From contig CAVPXM010000090.1 of assembly GCA_963709405.1 (NCBI GenBank), forward strand, positions 1 to 18,468: a DNA stretch of 18,468 bases. The letters are read 5' to 3'. The notes beneath the pieces are model-generated. The model was not told the origin of the DNA, made no database searches, and worked only from the letters and a program-made list of their open reading frames with translations. Each line of letters opens with the position of its first letter. Within the stretch, counting starts at the first letter, position 1. Made by a program: the position numbers and the translations under genes. This document shows positions 17,970-18,468 of the stretch, piece by piece. The stretch comes from an uncultured Nitrososphaerales archaeon (GTDB lineage: Archaea; Thermoproteota; Nitrososphaeria; Nitrososphaerales; Nitrososphaeraceae).

Positions 17970-18330
17970 ATGATATATACTACTTAACGGGCTTAGATAC
18001 AAATAGTTACGGTCTTATAGTTTTGGGTATTTATTATTAATGATTCAATATTACGAATTTTCTATAAGTCGAAATTTAGATTTTAAGATTTGGATTAAGT
18101 ACGTAATTATGATTTATGTTTTATGTTTCATTCTATCTCATGAAAATGTAGATCACAATATTGTATTTCATATCTCAATGCTAAAGACAATAATCATATC
18201 TTCAATCGCTTTTCCTACTATCATAGGTAATCATCTTTAACTCCCCTTTTTGAATATAGGTTTTGAATAAATGTTGAATATTCCGCTTTGGTGTTACGAT
18301 TTTTGCAGGATCTTAACAGATAATGTGTGT

Positions 18331-18468
18331 TTATTTTTTAATAAATCCTTCTTTACGCAATTCTGCTAATATGCTCATCAAAGTATCATAATCTATATTT
18401 ACCTCGTTTAAAATAATAGAATGGTCCACTTTACCAAATTTCTTTATGAATTTCTCGATGTTTTGTTT
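18331..18468 (-). CDS. 3' part of a small winged-helix-like hypothetical protein (starts beyond the window)
   Basis: Open frame from the window end: KQNIEKFIKKFGKVDHSIILNEVNIDYDTLMSILAELRKEGFIKK*, with amphipathic helices and a wHTH-like LxxEGFI ending. Confidence 0.65.
   Translation of the reverse strand, partial: KQNIEKFIKKFGKVDHSIILNEVNIDYDTLMSILAELRKEGFIKK

Noticed and set aside
18040-18240. 66-aa plus-strand ORF
   Set aside because: Low-complexity AT-rich translation with no motif, lying between two minus-strand genes.

Overview
This is AT-rich archaeal DNA whose gene families point to Nitrososphaerales (soil ammonia-oxidising Thaumarchaeota); the taxon is an inference. It is a heavily decaying accessory region. 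Intact genes include a Zn-dependent alcohol dehydrogenase coupled to a GabD/SSADH-type aldehyde dehydrogenase, a cyclophilin-like fold protein, a 1021-aa membrane sensor histidine kinase, a SnoaL-like protein, a 47-aa DUF2080-type protein missed by the ORF track, and a complete IS5-family (IS903-like) element with TIRs and an 8-bp target duplication. Relics include a patatin pseudogene, an orphan cas3 helicase fragment with no CRISPR array, an HTH/coiled-coil pseudogene preceded by direct repeats, a dead IS630 that split a 60-aa CxxC ORF, an alpha/beta-hydrolase and a second gene joined head-to-head with both 5' ends missing, and an AEP primase-PriX fragment. The most unexplained signal is a GC-rich structured ~100-nt locus at 15782-15910, where a stem hides a strong Shine-Dalgarno in front of a 19-aa CxxC ORF. 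I cannot demonstrate a complete novel system from the sequence alone.
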